Shown here: one piece after another, positions 30,374 through 42,575 of the stretch
How the letters are laid out: each line of letters begins with the position of its first letter
How positions within the stretch are numbered: position 1 is the stretch's first letter
Assembly: GCA_963767925.1 (NCBI GenBank)
Contig: CAVYGB010000010.1
Location: forward strand, 224,001-288,000
Direction of reading: 5' to 3'
Origin: an uncultured delta proteobacterium
GTDB lineage: Bacteria; Myxococcota_A; Polyangia; Fen-1088
Length of the DNA: 64,000 nucleotides
Translations under genes and position numbers: made by a program
Notes under the pieces: model-generated
What the model was told of the DNA's origin: nothing
The model's input: the letters and a program-made list of their open reading frames with translations, nothing else
Database searches by the model: none

Positions 30374-32938
30374 CTAGCGGGATTCGTCGTCGTTGCCCGG
30401 AGGGGCTTCGTTGGTGACGGGGATGAGGGTGGTGGCGAGCGGCGGCGTGCCGGGGGGCTCGGGCGAGGCGGGCGGCACCGCGCTGGCCACCGGGATGCTC
30501 GACTCGCGGCGATCGCCACCGCGATCCCGGCGGTCGAGCGGCACCCGCCAGTCGACCGGCACCGAGGGCTCCTTGAGGAACTCGGCCGGGCTCTCGATCG
30601 CCAGGGCCACCCGCAACACCTCGTCCATGTGGGCCACCGGGACCAGGCGCAGGCTCTTGAGCACCCGCTTGGGGATGTCCTGCAGGTCCTTGACGTTCTC
30701 CCGGGGCAAGATGACGGTGCGGATGCCGGCCCGGTGAGCGGCGAGGATCTTCTCCTTGAGCCCACCGATGGCGAGCACCCGGCCGCGCAGGGTGATCTCA
30801 CCGGTCATGGCCACGTCGCGCCGGACGGCGACCCGCAGCAGCGCCGAGACCAGGCCGGTGCAGATGGTGATGCCGGCCGAGGGCCCGTCTTTGGGGATGG
30901 CCCCCTCGGGCAGGTGCACGTGGATGTCGGCCCGGGTGTAAAAGTCCCGGTCCAGCCCCAGCGAGGGCCCCCGCGAGCGCACGTAGCTGATGGCGGCCTG
31001 GGCCGACTCCTGCATGACGTCGCCGAGCTTGCCGGTGAGCACCAGCTTGCCCTTTCCCGACACCACCGACACCTCGGTGGCCAGCAGATCCCCGCCGTGC
31101 ATGGTGACGGCCAGCCCGTTGACCAGCCCGATCTCGTCCTGCACCTCGTGGCTGCGCGAGCGGTAGCGGAAGGGGCCCAGGTACTTGGCCAGCCGCTTGG
31201 GGGTGACCTTCCAGGCCCGCAGGTTCGGGTTGGCGACGTACTCCTTGGCGATCTTGCGGCAGACGGTGGCGATCTCGCGCTCGAGGCCGCGGACCCCCGC
31301 CTCTTTCGTGTAGTTGTGGATCACCGCCCGCACGGTGTCCTCGGGCATCTCCAGCGTGAGATCTCCGATGCCGTTCTCCTTGCGCTGCTTGGGCAGCAAG
31401 TAGCGCTCGGCGATGGACACCTTCTCGAACTCGGTGTAGCCGGGGAGCTGGATGATCTCCATGCGGTCCTGCAGGGGCACCGGGATGCCCTGCAGGTAGT
31501 TGGCCGTCGTGATGAACATGACGTCCGACAGGTCGTAGTCGAGGTCGAGGTAGTGGTCGTTGAAGGCGGTGTTCTGCTCGGGGTCCAGCACCTCGAGCAG
31601 CGCCGCCGAGGGGTCGCCCCGGAAGTCGGTGGACATCTTGTCCACCTCGTCGAGCAGGAAGACCGGGTTCGAGCTGCCCGCCTTCTTGAGCGACTGGATG
31701 ATCTTGCCCGGGAGCGCGCCGATGTACGTCCGGCGGTGGCCCCGGATCTCGGCCTCGTCGCGCACGCCACCGAGGGCCAGGCGCACGAAGTTGCGGCCGG
31801 TGGCCCGGGCGATCGAGCGGGCCAGGGAGGTCTTGCCCACGCCGGGCGGCCCCACGAGGCAGAGGATGGGGCCCTTCTGCTTCTTGACCAGGGCCTGCAC
31901 CGCCAGATACTCGAGGATGCGCTCCTTGACCTTGCGCAGGCCGTAGTGCTCCTCGTCGAGGATCCGCTCGGCCTCGCGCACGTCGAGCTTGTCGGAGGTG
32001 TACGCGCCCCAGGGCAGGGCCAGCACCCAGTCGAGGTAGTTGCGGACCACCGCCGCCTCGGCCGACATGGGGGCCATCAGGCGGAGCTTCTTCAGCTCCT
32101 TCTTGACCCGGACCGAGGCCTCACCCGAGAGCTGCTTGCCGGCGGCCCGCTCCTCGAGCTCGTTGATCTCGTTCTTGAACTCGTCTTTTTCCCCGACGTC
32201 CTTGGGGATACCCGGGATCTCGCCCGAGCCGAGGCCCTCCCGCTCGCCCTTGTCCCCCTGGCGCTTGACCCGCGAGCGGATCTTCCGCTCGGCCTGCAGG
32301 ATCTCGATCTCCCCCCGGATGAGCTCGTAAAGGCGCATGAGCCGCTCGTAGGGCGTGCGCATCTCGAGGATGAGCTGCTTGTCGGGCAGCTTGAGGGGGA
32401 CCTGGCCGACGATGGTGTCGGCGAGCTGCGAGGGGTCCTCGATCGACTGCACCGAGGTCAGGATCTCGGGCGCGGTCCGCTTGTTGAGCTTGACGTAGCT
32501 CTCGAAGGTGGAGAGCACCTCGCGCATGAGGGCCTCGAGCTCGGGCGAGGGCCCGCCCTGGTCGGGCAGCGGCTCCACCTCTACCTCGAAGAACCCGTCG
32601 GTCTTGACGAACTGACGGATGATCGCCCGCCGCTTGCCCTCGACCAGCACCTTGATGGTGCCGTCGGGCAGGCGCAAAAGCTGCAGCACCGTGCTCAGCG
32701 TTCCGACGGCGTGGATGTCGTCGGGCACCGGCTCGTCGGTGCGCGCTCGGCGCTGGGCCGACAGCAGGATCTCCTTCTGGCTGCCGGGAGCGGTGGCTTC
32801 TTCGAGCGCACCTATCGATTTTTCCCGTCCCACGAACAACGGGACCACCATGTGCGGGAACACCACGGTATCCCGCAGGGGCAGCAGCGGCACCCGGTGA
32901 ACGAGAACGATTTCCTTGGACCCGTCGTCGTCGCTCAT
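30374..32938 (-). CDS. lon: ATP-dependent protease La (LonA)
   Basis: PLLPLRD N-domain, [14 protein letters not shown] pore loop, [15 protein letters not shown] catalytic Ser, GGLKEK. Confidence 0.97.
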   Translation of the reverse strand: MSDDDGSKEIVLVHRVPLLPLRDTVVFPHMVVPLFVGREKSIGALEEATAPGSQKEILLSAQRRARTDEPVPDDIHAVGTLSTVLQLLRLPDGTIKVLVEGKRRAIIRQFVKTDGFFEVEVEPLPDQGGPSPELEALMREVLSTFESYVKLNKRTAPEILTSVQSIEDPSQLADTIVGQVPLKLPDKQLILEMRTPYERLMRLYELIRGEIEILQAERKIRSRVKRQGDKGEREGLGSGEIPGIPKDVGEKDEFKNEINELEERAAGKQLSGEASVRVKKELKKLRLMAPMSAEAAVVRNYLDWVLALPWGAYTSDKLDVREAERILDEEHYGLRKVKERILEYLAVQALVKKQKGPILCLVGPPGVGKTSLARSIARATGRNFVRLALGGVRDEAEIRGHRRTYIGALPGKIIQSLKKAGSSNPVFLLDEVDKMSTDFRGDPSAALLEVLDPEQNTAFNDHYLDLDYDLSDVMFITTANYLQGIPVPLQDRMEIIQLPGYTEFEKVSIAERYLLPKQRKENGIGDLTLEMPEDTVRAVIHNYTKEAGVRGLEREIATVCRKIAKEYVANPNLRAWKVTPKRLAKYLGPFRYRSRSHEVQDEIGLVNGLAVTMHGGDLLATEVSVVSGKGKLVLTGKLGDVMQESAQAAISYVRSRGPSLGLDRDFYTRADIHVHLPEGAIPKDGPSAGITICTGLVSALLRVAVRRDVAMTGEITLRGRVLAIGGLKEKILAAHRAGIRTVILPRENVKDLQDIPKRVLKSLRLVPVAHMDEVLRVALAIESPAEFLKEPSVPVDWRVPLDRRDRGGDRRESSIPVASAVPPASPEPPGTPPLATTLIPVTNEAPPGNDDESR

Positions 32939-33073
32939 GACCTTCCGCGTCTCCTGCGAACACGCCTGGAGACTGCGGGAAGAATCCTATCAACCCCGTC
33001 GGCGCTCGGCCAGTTCGGCGCGCGACTGGGCCCGAACAATTGAGCTAAAAAGCCCGCTGTCGGGGCATGTCGA

Positions 33074-33499
33074 TCACCAGGACCGACCGCTCGGCTGCGC
33101 ATCCCCGGCGCCTCGTTGCGCTCCGCCGTGGCCCACGCCGGGCGCGTGCTCCAGCTCGTGGAACGTCGGCTTCCAGGCCGGGCTGTCGACCTCGGGATCG
33201 GGTCCCGACAAGGGACCGGTCAGATCGGCATGCGGGCTCACCCGCTGCTCCGGTGTCACCTCTGGCGTGTCGAGCAGAAAGCGCACGTTGATGCAGTCTC
33301 CGAAGACCACGGGGGTGCCGTCGATCGTCTGGGCCTGGACACAACGGGGCTCGCTGGCCGTGACACGGCGAGCGGGCCCGGGCTCGCCGAGCAACCGATA
33401 AAGAGAGGGGATCCCGAAGCCGAGCGCGATGGTCCAGTACAGCACCGCGCCGCCCATCACGACGATCCAAGGAAAGGACTCTTGACGCCGCATCGTCAC
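33074..33499 (-). CDS. Small membrane-anchored hypothetical protein
   Basis: One N-terminal TM helix and a Cys pair; GAGG upstream; lies between clpX and lon. Confidence 0.55.
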   Translation of the reverse strand: MTMRRQESFPWIVVMGGAVLYWTIALGFGIPSLYRLLGEPGPARRVTASEPRCVQAQTIDGTPVVFGDCINVRFLLDTPEVTPEQRVSPHADLTGPLSGPDPEVDSPAWKPTFHELEHAPGVGHGGAQRGAGDAQPSGRSW

Positions 33500-33557
33500 A
33501 TGCCTCCTCGATCTGCTTGCCGGTGAAAAATTCGTTTGCCGCCGCCGGTCGGGCCGC

Positions 33558-34826
<1,269 letters not shown>

Positions 34827-34970
34827 GATTGTAAAAGCTAGCACGCTCCGGGCGCGTGCGGAAAGGAGCGACCGTTTCCCCGGTCCAACTACTCGCCGTC
34901 CCGCTCCCCCTGCCGCTCTCCCCCCTGCCCTGCCCCCCCTGCCGGCCTGTTACCGCTGCGGGCCGGACGC

Positions 34971-35010
34971 AAAAACGGCCAGCGCCAGCCCGGAGGCTGG
35001 CGGCTGGCCG
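34971..35010 (-). terminator. Intrinsic terminator downstream of clpP
   Basis: Minus strand: CGGCCAGC-c-GCCAGCC-tccg-GGCTGGC-GCTGGCCG followed by TTTTT. Confidence 0.75.
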
Positions 35011-35032
35011 AGAGGGGGAGTGAAAGCGGGGG

Positions 35033-35659
35033 CTAGCGGGCGGCCTGGGTTCGCTGGGCGAACACCTCGTCGACCACCCCGTATTCCTTGGACTCCAGGG
35101 CGCTCATGAAGTAGTCGCGCTCCGTGTCGTGCTTGATCCGGTCGATGGGTTGACCGGTGTGTTTGGCCAGAAGCTCGTTGAGGGTGTCCCGCGTGCGCAG
35201 GATCTCCTTGGCGTGGATGTCGATGTCCGTGGCCTGCCCGGAGAACCCGCCCAGGGGCTGGTGGATCAGGATCCGGGAGTGCGGAAGGGCATACCGCTTG
35301 CCCTTGGTGCCGGCGGCCAGCAGGAACGCCCCCATGGACGCCGCCTGGCCCATACAGAAGGTGGCGACGTCCGGCCGGACGTACTGCATGGTGTCGTAAA
35401 TCGCCATGCCCGCCGTCACCAACCCGCCAGGGGAGTTGATGTACAGCATGATGTCCTTGTCGGGGTCTTCGCTCTCCAGGAACAGGAGCTGCGCGATGAT
35501 GATGTTGGCGATCTCGTCATTCACCGCAGTGCCCAGGAACACGATTCGATCCTTGAGCAATCGGGAGAAGATGTCCCAGCCGCGCTCGCCCCGGTGGGTC
35601 TGCTCGATGACGGTCGGGATGATGAAACCCATGGGGGACGGTGGCGTCAGGTCTTTCAT
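35033..35659 (-). CDS. clpP: ATP-dependent Clp protease proteolytic subunit
   Basis: [29 protein letters not shown]. Confidence 0.98.
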   Translation of the reverse strand: MKDLTPPSPMGFIIPTVIEQTHRGERGWDIFSRLLKDRIVFLGTAVNDEIANIIIAQLLFLESEDPDKDIMLYINSPGGLVTAGMAIYDTMQYVRPDVATFCMGQAASMGAFLLAAGTKGKRYALPHSRILIHQPLGGFSGQATDIDIHAKEILRTRDTLNELLAKHTGQPIDRIKHDTERDYFMSALESKEYGVVDEVFAQRTQAAR

Positions 35660-35684
35660 TTTCCAGTCCTCGCGATCCGCTGAG

Positions 35685-37100
35685 TCAACCCTTCACAATC
35701 CGGGACTCGTCGGGGTTGGCCGGGGCTGACTCGGCCTCCGCCCGCGCTTCGTCGGGCGAGAGGATGAGCCGACCACCGACCTTCCGTGCCTCCTGCGGCG
35801 TCACGATCAACCGTTCCGGATCGACGTCCGTGATCTTAGCCTGCGAAAGCAGCATATCAAGCGTCTTCTCCTCGCGGATCTGAGCTCGCAATCCATTCAT
35901 TTGCTGATTCTGCTCGAGCTCGGCCCGCAGCTTCTTGGCGCTGGTCTGGCGGGCGGCGGCCAGCTCGGCGACCCGTTTCTGGACGTCGCCGTCGGTGATC
36001 TCCACGCCCTCCCGGTCGGCGATCGCGCGCAGGAGGACCGTGGCCCGGGCCTCCTCGGTGGCCTCGTCCTTGAACTCGTCTTTCATCTTGTCGGCGTCGA
36101 GCGACTCGACGTCGAGGCCCATCATGGCGAGCTGGACCCGGGCCCGGGCGATGATCCCCTCGGCGTGCCGTTCGACGAGGGCGGGGGCGATCTCGAAGCT
36201 GTTGCGCTCGATGAGCTGCTTGGTTAGGGCGGCCTCCAGCTCGCGCTTGATCCGGCGCTTGTCGGCCTCGATGAGGCGCTCCTCGACCTTCTTCTTGAGG
36301 TCCTCGAGGGTGTCGGCCTCCCCGGTGTCCTTGGCCAGCTCGTCGTCGAGGGCGGGGGTGCGCCGCTCGCGCGCCTCCTTTATGGTGAGGTGGAGGGAGA
36401 CCTCCTTGCCGGCCAGCTCGCTCGGCTTGATCTCGTCGCCGATCGTGTATTTCACCTCGTGGTAGGCGCCGGGCGTGATGCCGATGCCGCGCAGGTGGGG
36501 CGCCAGGCCGGGCAAGGGGCCACCGGTCTCGTCGCCGAGGTCGACGGCGACGGTGTTCTTCTTCACCTTGTGCTCGCCGACCTTGCCGTGCACCTCGATG
36601 AGGAGCACGTCGCTCTGCTGGGCGACCTCCCGCCCCTCGACGGGGGCGAAGGTCGTGAGCTGCTTCTGGTAGCCGGCCAGGGCCTCGGTGAGCTGCTCGG
36701 GCGTGACCTTGGCCGGGCGCCGCTCCAGCGGGATGCCGGTGTAGTTCTGGGGCTCGACCTGGGAGCGAACCTCGACCCGGGCGGAGAACTTGAAGGGCTC
36801 GCCCGAGCGGAGCACCATCTTGTCGACCCGGGGCGGGGCCACCGGATCGATCTGCTTGTCCCGGATGGCCTGTCCGAGCGACAGCTCGACGAGCGACCGG
36901 GCCACATCGTCTTCGATGCGGTGGCGGTAGAGCTTCTCCAGAACCTGCCGGGGGGCCTTGCCCGGGCGGAAGCCTTTGAGATGCACCTCCTTGCGGAGGT
37001 CGTTATAAGCGCGGTCAAGGCGGGGAGCGACGTCGGTCCAGGGGACCTCGAACTCCACCCGCTTCTCGACGGGCGAGATGTCCTCGATCGTTATCTGCAT
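35685..37100 (-). CDS. tig: Trigger factor
   Basis: GFRPGKAP ribosome-binding signature; position upstream of clpP. Confidence 0.95.
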   Translation of the reverse strand: MQITIEDISPVEKRVEFEVPWTDVAPRLDRAYNDLRKEVHLKGFRPGKAPRQVLEKLYRHRIEDDVARSLVELSLGQAIRDKQIDPVAPPRVDKMVLRSGEPFKFSARVEVRSQVEPQNYTGIPLERRPAKVTPEQLTEALAGYQKQLTTFAPVEGREVAQQSDVLLIEVHGKVGEHKVKKNTVAVDLGDETGGPLPGLAPHLRGIGITPGAYHEVKYTIGDEIKPSELAGKEVSLHLTIKEARERRTPALDDELAKDTGEADTLEDLKKKVEERLIEADKRRIKRELEAALTKQLIERNSFEIAPALVERHAEGIIARARVQLAMMGLDVESLDADKMKDEFKDEATEEARATVLLRAIADREGVEITDGDVQKRVAELAAARQTSAKKLRAELEQNQQMNGLRAQIREEKTLDMLLSQAKITDVDPERLIVTPQEARKVGGRLILSPDEARAEAESAPANPDESRIVKG

Positions 37101-37459
37101 GGGGGTCGCAGGATAGTAGAGGAGCGCGGGCGGTGAAAGGCGCAGATGCCGCGCGCGGGAAACCGGACTCCCGCACCCACGGGCGGCGACGGCCGGTGGA
37201 CGTGGCAACGCCTTGCGGCGCGGGCGGGGTGGTGGATCCTCCCCGGCGCCCCTCGAACTACCTCTGCGAGGCGAGCGGCACCGTTTGCCGGGGCCGACCG
37301 GGGTAAATGTGCTGCAAAACGGGCCGAAAGGTGGCGAAAGGCTCACCTCGAAGGACACGCGCGGAGCCGGCGGCGGCAGCGCCGGCGTCGGGCGCATGCA
37401 GGATTTCCCTGGAACCTCTTGCCATGAAGGTGCCTCTCGTACACCATAGCGGGCTCGTC

Positions 37460-39436
37460 ATGGCGCTCGGAGGGTTTACGCTGGCGGACCGCCTGGGGGC
37501 GAAGACGATGCCTTGCCGGGTGGCTGGGTGCACGCGCACCTGGCTACAGTTCGGTGGTAAGGCCGCGTTCACGCTCGGTGGTCGGTCCGAAACGGTGTCC
37601 GGTTCTGCGGGCGCGGGGATGTGCGATCCCTGCAAGAAGAAGCTCGCCTCGATCACGGATAAACAGCGCCGGTGCGATGTGCCCGGTTGCGATGGGACCT
37701 GGACCTGGACGGTCGACGCCCAGCTCGAGGCGTTCGCCACCCATCGTCCACCCCCCAAGAACCTCTGCGCTTCTTGCGAGGGCAAGCTCGCCGCGCTCGA
37801 GGAGAAACAGGTCGCCTGTACGGTGCCCGGCTGCGAGCGCACCGCCACCCTGAGCAAGCGCAGCCAGCTCCTCGCCCAGGCCCAGGCCGAAAAAGCGCAA
37901 GAAAGCGCGCAAGAAGCGGCGCACGACGAGGCGCAGGCCCAGGCAGAAAAGCAGGCGGAGCACGCGGCGGCTCACGCTCACGCTCACGCTCACACTCCGT
38001 CCGAGGCGGCCGCCGAGGCGGCCCCTGCCGACGAGACCCAGACGGGGGCCGAGTCCGCCGGCGACGATTCCGCCGAGGGGGCTACCGCGGAGGCGGCACC
38101 CGCCGAGAAGACCAGCTCCGACAAGAACGGAGACCGCGAGGTCGCCGCCCGCGCGGAGAAGCCGGGACGGGTTACCTACGAAGGACCGTTCTGCGAGCCC
38201 TGCGGCGACGTGGCCCGCCGGCTCCAGGACCGGCCCGTCACCTGCGGCATCAACGGCTGCAAGCGCAAGTGGATCTGGAAGGCCGACGATCAGCTCCAGG
38301 CCTTCGCCGCGGGCAAGCCCAACGAGCCGCCCCGGCGGATGTGCGACACCTGCCGGGCGCACTTCGGCAAGCTCAGCGACCGCGAGGTGCGCTGCCGGAC
38401 CTCGGGCTGCAAGAAGACCTGGACCTGGAGCCGGTTCGATCAGCTCGACGCTTGCGCGGCGGACAAGGCGGCGCCGAAGGCGCCCGCCCGCATGTGCGAC
38501 AACTGCTATGACCTGTTCCAGAAGCTGAAGGACGTCGAGCGTCCCTGTCGCAAGAGCGGCTGCAAGCGGACCTGGACGGACAAGCGGGGTGCCCAGCTCG
38601 CCCGGCTGGTGCGGGGCAAGACCGGCGATCCCTATCCCCAGTATTGCAACGAGTGCCGCAAGGAGCTCGGGGACCTCGAGGACCGCGAGATTTCCTGCAA
38701 GACCGAGGGCTGCCCGGGGACCTGGACCTGGTCGCGGGAGCAGCAGCTCGCCGCCGGCGTGCGGCCCAGCCCCAAGCCGGTCTCAGAACCGGCCAGCGAG
38801 CCGGCCGGCGAGTCGAGAAAGACGGCACCGGCACCGGCCGAGGCAGCCGCGGCTCCTCCGGCACCGACCGAGGCAGCGGTGGCGGCCGGGTCCGAGGTTG
38901 GCGATCCGGGGACCGAGACGCCAGCGGAGACCACGACCGAAGCTGCGACCGAAACTGCGGCCGAAGCTGCGACCGAAGCTGCGAAGACGTCGGCGCCCAC
39001 GGCCGAAGCCGCTCCGGTTCCGACCGGGAGCGCGGTGGCGGCGCCCGCCCATCGCCACGCCCATCCGGGCCGGCGCGACAAGAAGCACCGCCGGCAGCGG
39101 CAGATCCAGCCGCCCGAGCGGCTCTGCCACGCCTGCGCCGAGTTCCTCAAGGACCGCAAGACGCTCGAAACCCCCTGCTCGCAGTGTGGGACGGCGATCT
39201 ACTGGCCGCCCGAGAGCCAGCTCCAGACCCACCTCGGCAACTGGGCCACCCCCTCGCTGTGTGGGGCCTGCAAGCGCGACGCGACCGAGGCTGCCCGGCG
39301 GGTGGCCAAGGAAGTGCTCCGCCAGCAGGTCATGGACGCCGCTCCTCACCCCGCCGCGGAGACCGCCGAGGCCGAGGCGCCGGCCGCCCCCGAGCCGACG
39401 GCCGACGACCTGCCCCCAGAGAACCAGCCGAGCTGA
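37460..39436 (+). CDS. Protein of eight tandem Cys4 zinc-ribbon-like repeats with two disordered inserts
   Basis: Repeating D-x4-CxxxGC-xx-W-x-W-x4-Q...P-xx-x-CxxC; start uncertain (37424 or 37460). Confidence 0.8.
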   Translation: MALGGFTLADRLGAKTMPCRVAGCTRTWLQFGGKAAFTLGGRSETVSGSAGAGMCDPCKKKLASITDKQRRCDVPGCDGTWTWTVDAQLEAFATHRPPPKNLCASCEGKLAALEEKQVACTVPGCERTATLSKRSQLLAQAQAEKAQESAQEAAHDEAQAQAEKQAEHAAAHAHAHAHTPSEAAAEAAPADETQTGAESAGDDSAEGATAEAAPAEKTSSDKNGDREVAARAEKPGRVTYEGPFCEPCGDVARRLQDRPVTCGINGCKRKWIWKADDQLQAFAAGKPNEPPRRMCDTCRAHFGKLSDREVRCRTSGCKKTWTWSRFDQLDACAADKAAPKAPARMCDNCYDLFQKLKDVERPCRKSGCKRTWTDKRGAQLARLVRGKTGDPYPQYCNECRKELGDLEDREISCKTEGCPGTWTWSREQQLAAGVRPSPKPVSEPASEPAGESRKTAPAPAEAAAAPPAPTEAAVAAGSEVGDPGTETPAETTTEAATETAAEAATEAAKTSAPTAEAAPVPTGSAVAAPAHRHAHPGRRDKKHRRQRQIQPPERLCHACAEFLKDRKTLETPCSQCGTAIYWPPESQLQTHLGNWATPSLCGACKRDATEAARRVAKEVLRQQVMDAAPHPAAETAEAEAPAAPEPTADDLPPENQPS

Positions 39437-39570
39437 GCCGACCGGCGGGCCAGGCCAGAGCACCCGGTGCGGCCTGGCCCGGGCGCTGGCCGGTGCCGCT
39501 CGCGGCCTTTTCTCAGGGTGGTTTCAAGAAACCAGGGGGTTCCGTCGATCGTGTGGACGTTCGTGCTGTC

Positions 39571-40080
39571 ATGAGCGTACCGAAGCATACGATCTTCGCG
39601 TCACAGGCCCTGGGGCTGGCGGCGATGTTTCAGGCGTTGACCTCCAAGCACCGCCTCGGTGGGTCCCCGGCCTACCTCCCGCAACTCGCTGCCCCCGACG
39701 GTCCCTCCACCGCCGGCGGAAAGCAGGCCCTGCAACACGTGTCGCTGATCCCGGAGGGCGGCGGGGACACCATCGTGATCGGCAGCGCCAACACGGTGGA
39801 GAAGCGGGCCGAGCTGCGCAGCTACCGGCACGTGGGGCGGACCTACGGCCAGCGCTGGCGCGGGGCCCAGCTCCCCTTCGACAAGGAGGCCTACGACGAG
39901 CTGCTGAAGCAGATCCAGGCCTTCTTCAGCAGCCAGAGCTTCATCGTCACGGTGCTCGACCTGCCCTCCGAGAAGGTGGAGAGGGTCGGTCAGCCCTCCC
40001 GCTCGCGCACCCGTGCGCTGATCTTGCCCGGCCTGCTGATGATCGCCCTGGCCGGAGCCGCCGTCTATTTCCTCACGTAG
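39571..40080 (+). CDS. Hypothetical protein with C-terminal membrane anchor
   Basis: Coding-like codon bias; ends 'LILPGLLMIALAGAAVYFLT'. Confidence 0.7.
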   Translation: MSVPKHTIFASQALGLAAMFQALTSKHRLGGSPAYLPQLAAPDGPSTAGGKQALQHVSLIPEGGGDTIVIGSANTVEKRAELRSYRHVGRTYGQRWRGAQLPFDKEAYDELLKQIQAFFSSQSFIVTVLDLPSEKVERVGQPSRSRTRALILPGLLMIALAGAAVYFLT

Positions 40081-40504
40081 TCCCCGGACGAGCTGCGGCG
40101 GCCGCCAGCCGGCGGGCCAGCGGGTAGTCGGCGGGAGGGAGGGGTAGCCCGGGGAGCGCCCCTGGCTCGAACCAGCTCACCGCCGCCACCGTGCGCGCTC
40201 GGGGGACCCCGCCCTGGATCGCGCAGCGGTAGACGAGCATGTAGAGGTCGAAGTCCGGGTAGCCGTGGAAGACGACCTCGAAGATGGTCCCCACCGCCAC
40301 CGTGCAGCCGAGCTCCTCCTCGATCTCGCGGGCCAGGGCCACCTCGGGGGACTCGCCCGCCTCGATCTTGCCGCCCGGGAACTCCCAGCAGCCGGGCAGC
40401 GATTGATCGGCCCGGCGGCGGGACATCAGGATCTTCCCGTCGTTCTCGATGAGCGCTGCCGCCACGAGCAGGCGGCGGCGCTCAGCGACTGGGGGAGGCG
40501 GCAC
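40073..40504 (-). CDS. NUDIX hydrolase (MutT/NudG-like)
   Basis: WEFPGGKIEAGESPEVALAREIEEELG Nudix box. Confidence 0.92.
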   Translation of the reverse strand: MPPPPVAERRRLLVAAALIENDGKILMSRRRADQSLPGCWEFPGGKIEAGESPEVALAREIEEELGCTVAVGTIFEVVFHGYPDFDLYMLVYRCAIQGGVPRARTVAAVSWFEPGALPGLPLPPADYPLARRLAAAAARPGTT

Positions 40505-42152
40505 GGCGATCGATGATGTCGAGGATCTCGTTCAACTGGAAGGGTTTGCTCACGCAGGTGACATTCCCTTCCTCCATGAACCGGCGGGCGTCGGCGGAGA
40601 AGGCGCCCCCCGTGATGATGACCATGCGCTGCTCGAGGCCGGGCCAGCGCTCGGCCACGAGCTGGTAGACGTCGGCCCCCGACAGCTCCGGCATCTGCAG
40701 GTCGCAGAGAATGACGTCGAAGCGCCGATCCTGCTCCAGGCGCTGCAGCGCCTCCGCTCCGCTGTAGGCCAGCTCGATGTCGTGGTGGTCGATCAACATC
40801 CGGCGGTAGGCCTTCAGCAGCAGGACCTCGTCGTCGACCGCCAGCAGGCGGTGGCGGCGGCGGCTGGGCAGGGGGGCCGGGCTGCGCTCGCGCGGCCGCT
40901 CGGCCAGGGCGGGCAGGCGCACCCGGAAGAGGGCCCCCTCGGGCTGGGCGTTTTCGGCGGTGATCTCGCCGCCCGCCGAACGAACGATCTCGCGCGAGAT
41001 CGAGAGCCCCAGACCGGTGCCGACGCCGGCCGGCTTGGTGCTGAAGAAGGAGTCGAAGATGCGGGGCATGATCTCGGGGGGGATGCCGGGGCCGTTGTCC
41101 TGCACCTCGATCACCACCTCTTCACCCTCGTCGAAGCTGCGCACGCTGATGCGGTTGCGCTTGAGCTGCCCCTCAGGCAGGGCCTGGGCGGCGTTGGCGA
41201 TGAGGTTGAGGAAGACCTGCCCCAGACGGGCGGAGTTGCCCCGCACCGGTCGGGTGGCGGCGAACCGGCGTTCGACCCCTGCCCGGTAGCGCAGCTCGTT
41301 GCGGAGCATGGTGAGGGCCGAGTCGACCGCGGCGTTCACGTCGGTGAAGCCCGCCGGATCGTCGTCCACCCGAGAGAACGAGTGCAGATCGCGGACGATG
41401 CGCTGGATGCGCGCCATCCCTTCCTTCGACTCTTGCACGATGGCCATCGCCTCGAACAGCAGGTCCTTGATGCCCAGCCGGCGGGCCAGGGGCGGGTCGG
41501 CGCGCAGCCGCTCGTCGAGGATGGTGAGCATGCCGCCGAGCGCTTCGGTGTTGGCCAGCACGAAGGAGGCGGGGTTGTTTATCTCGTGGGCCATCCCCGC
41601 GGCCAGCGTGCCGATGGCGGCGAGCTTGGCCGACTGGAGCCGGCGGACTTCCGTGTCGCGGCCCTCGGTGACGTCGCGGATGTAGACCAGCGCCCTCCTG
41701 CCCGCCACCGGGTGGGCCCGGGCCTCGAAGTGGCGGCCGGCCCGGCTGAGGCCCCCATCGGCGGCATGCTGGCGGGCGATGGCCTCACGGGCCAGGCGCA
41801 TCAGGATGGCGTCGAGGCCGATCTCGCCGATGCCGCCGCTGCCCTCGAAGAAATAGACGGGCGGCACCTCGGGGGCGCCCTCCCCCGAGACGCTCTCCGC
41901 GCGCAGGCGGGCGCCGGCGGCGTTCTCGAGGTGGAGCTTTCCCCCCTCGTCGTAGAGAAACAGGCACTCATCGATGACGTCGAAGGTCTCGCGGAGCGTG
42001 TCGCGCTCGAGGCGCAGCTCGCGGGCCAGCTCCTCGAGCTGGCCGCGAGCGCCAGGGTCGGCGACGCCAGGGTCGGCGACGCCAGGGTCGGCGACCTCGG
42101 GCCCGGAGCGGGCTCGGGGTCCCGGATCGATCCGGGCCGGCTGCTCGTCCAT
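40482..42152 (-). CDS. Cytoplasmic hybrid sensor histidine kinase (PAS-like, HisKA, HATPase, receiver)
   Basis: AHEINNP H box, NLIANA, DNGPGI, GTGLGL, receiver 'LAVDDE..CDLQMP..KP'. Confidence 0.93.
   Translation of the reverse strand: MDEQPARIDPGPRARSGPEVADPGVADPGVADPGARGQLEELARELRLERDTLRETFDVIDECLFLYDEGGKLHLENAAGARLRAESVSGEGAPEVPPVYFFEGSGGIGEIGLDAILMRLAREAIARQHAADGGLSRAGRHFEARAHPVAGRRALVYIRDVTEGRDTEVRRLQSAKLAAIGTLAAGMAHEINNPASFVLANTEALGGMLTILDERLRADPPLARRLGIKDLLFEAMAIVQESKEGMARIQRIVRDLHSFSRVDDDPAGFTDVNAAVDSALTMLRNELRYRAGVERRFAATRPVRGNSARLGQVFLNLIANAAQALPEGQLKRNRISVRSFDEGEEVVIEVQDNGPGIPPEIMPRIFDSFFSTKPAGVGTGLGLSISREIVRSAGGEITAENAQPEGALFRVRLPALAERPRERSPAPLPSRRRHRLLAVDDEVLLLKAYRRMLIDHHDIELAYSGAEALQRLEQDRRFDVILCDLQMPELSGADVYQLVAERWPGLEQRMVIITGGAFSADARRFMEEGNVTCVSKPFQLNEILDIIDRRAASPSR
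42051..42095 (-). repeat. 15-bp tandem repeat x3 (VADPG) in the kinase N-terminus
   Basis: GCCAGGGTCGGCGAC three times. Confidence 0.9.
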
Positions 42153-42389
42153 GGCTAGCGACGTCCAGGTGGACGTTCCAGTGAACGCCGGGAAGCCCAT
42201 ACGGAAGCGAGGTTTCGGGAGCGGCGCAGGGGAATCATTCGCCAGGAAATCGTCTTACATCGGGCGATGGAGGCATCGGATGAATGCAGGACGGTGGTAT
42301 TATCGTTCATCCTCTCGTCTGTCTCAACCCACCTTTGCATGCAGAGGGATCGGAATCGGACGGGATGGCTGGGGTGTAATGGGCAGAAC

Positions 42390-42437
42390 GACACCGCGAC
42401 CGCTCGGCGCTGAGACACCGCGACCGCTCGGGGCTGA
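42390..42437. repeat. 24-bp direct repeat x2 in a divergent promoter region
   Basis: GACACCGCGACCGCTCGG(C/G)GCTGA in tandem, one mismatch. Confidence 0.85.
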
Positions 42438-42575
42438 TGCGCCTCGAACCGCCCGGGCCCGGGCCAGCGCAGCGATGGGCCTGACCCGGACAGCACCCTG
42501 CGCAGGCCGGCGGTCCCCTCCCGATCATGTAGCCAGCCTAAAGACGAAGTGGGACACCGCCGATGTATCGGCTGG

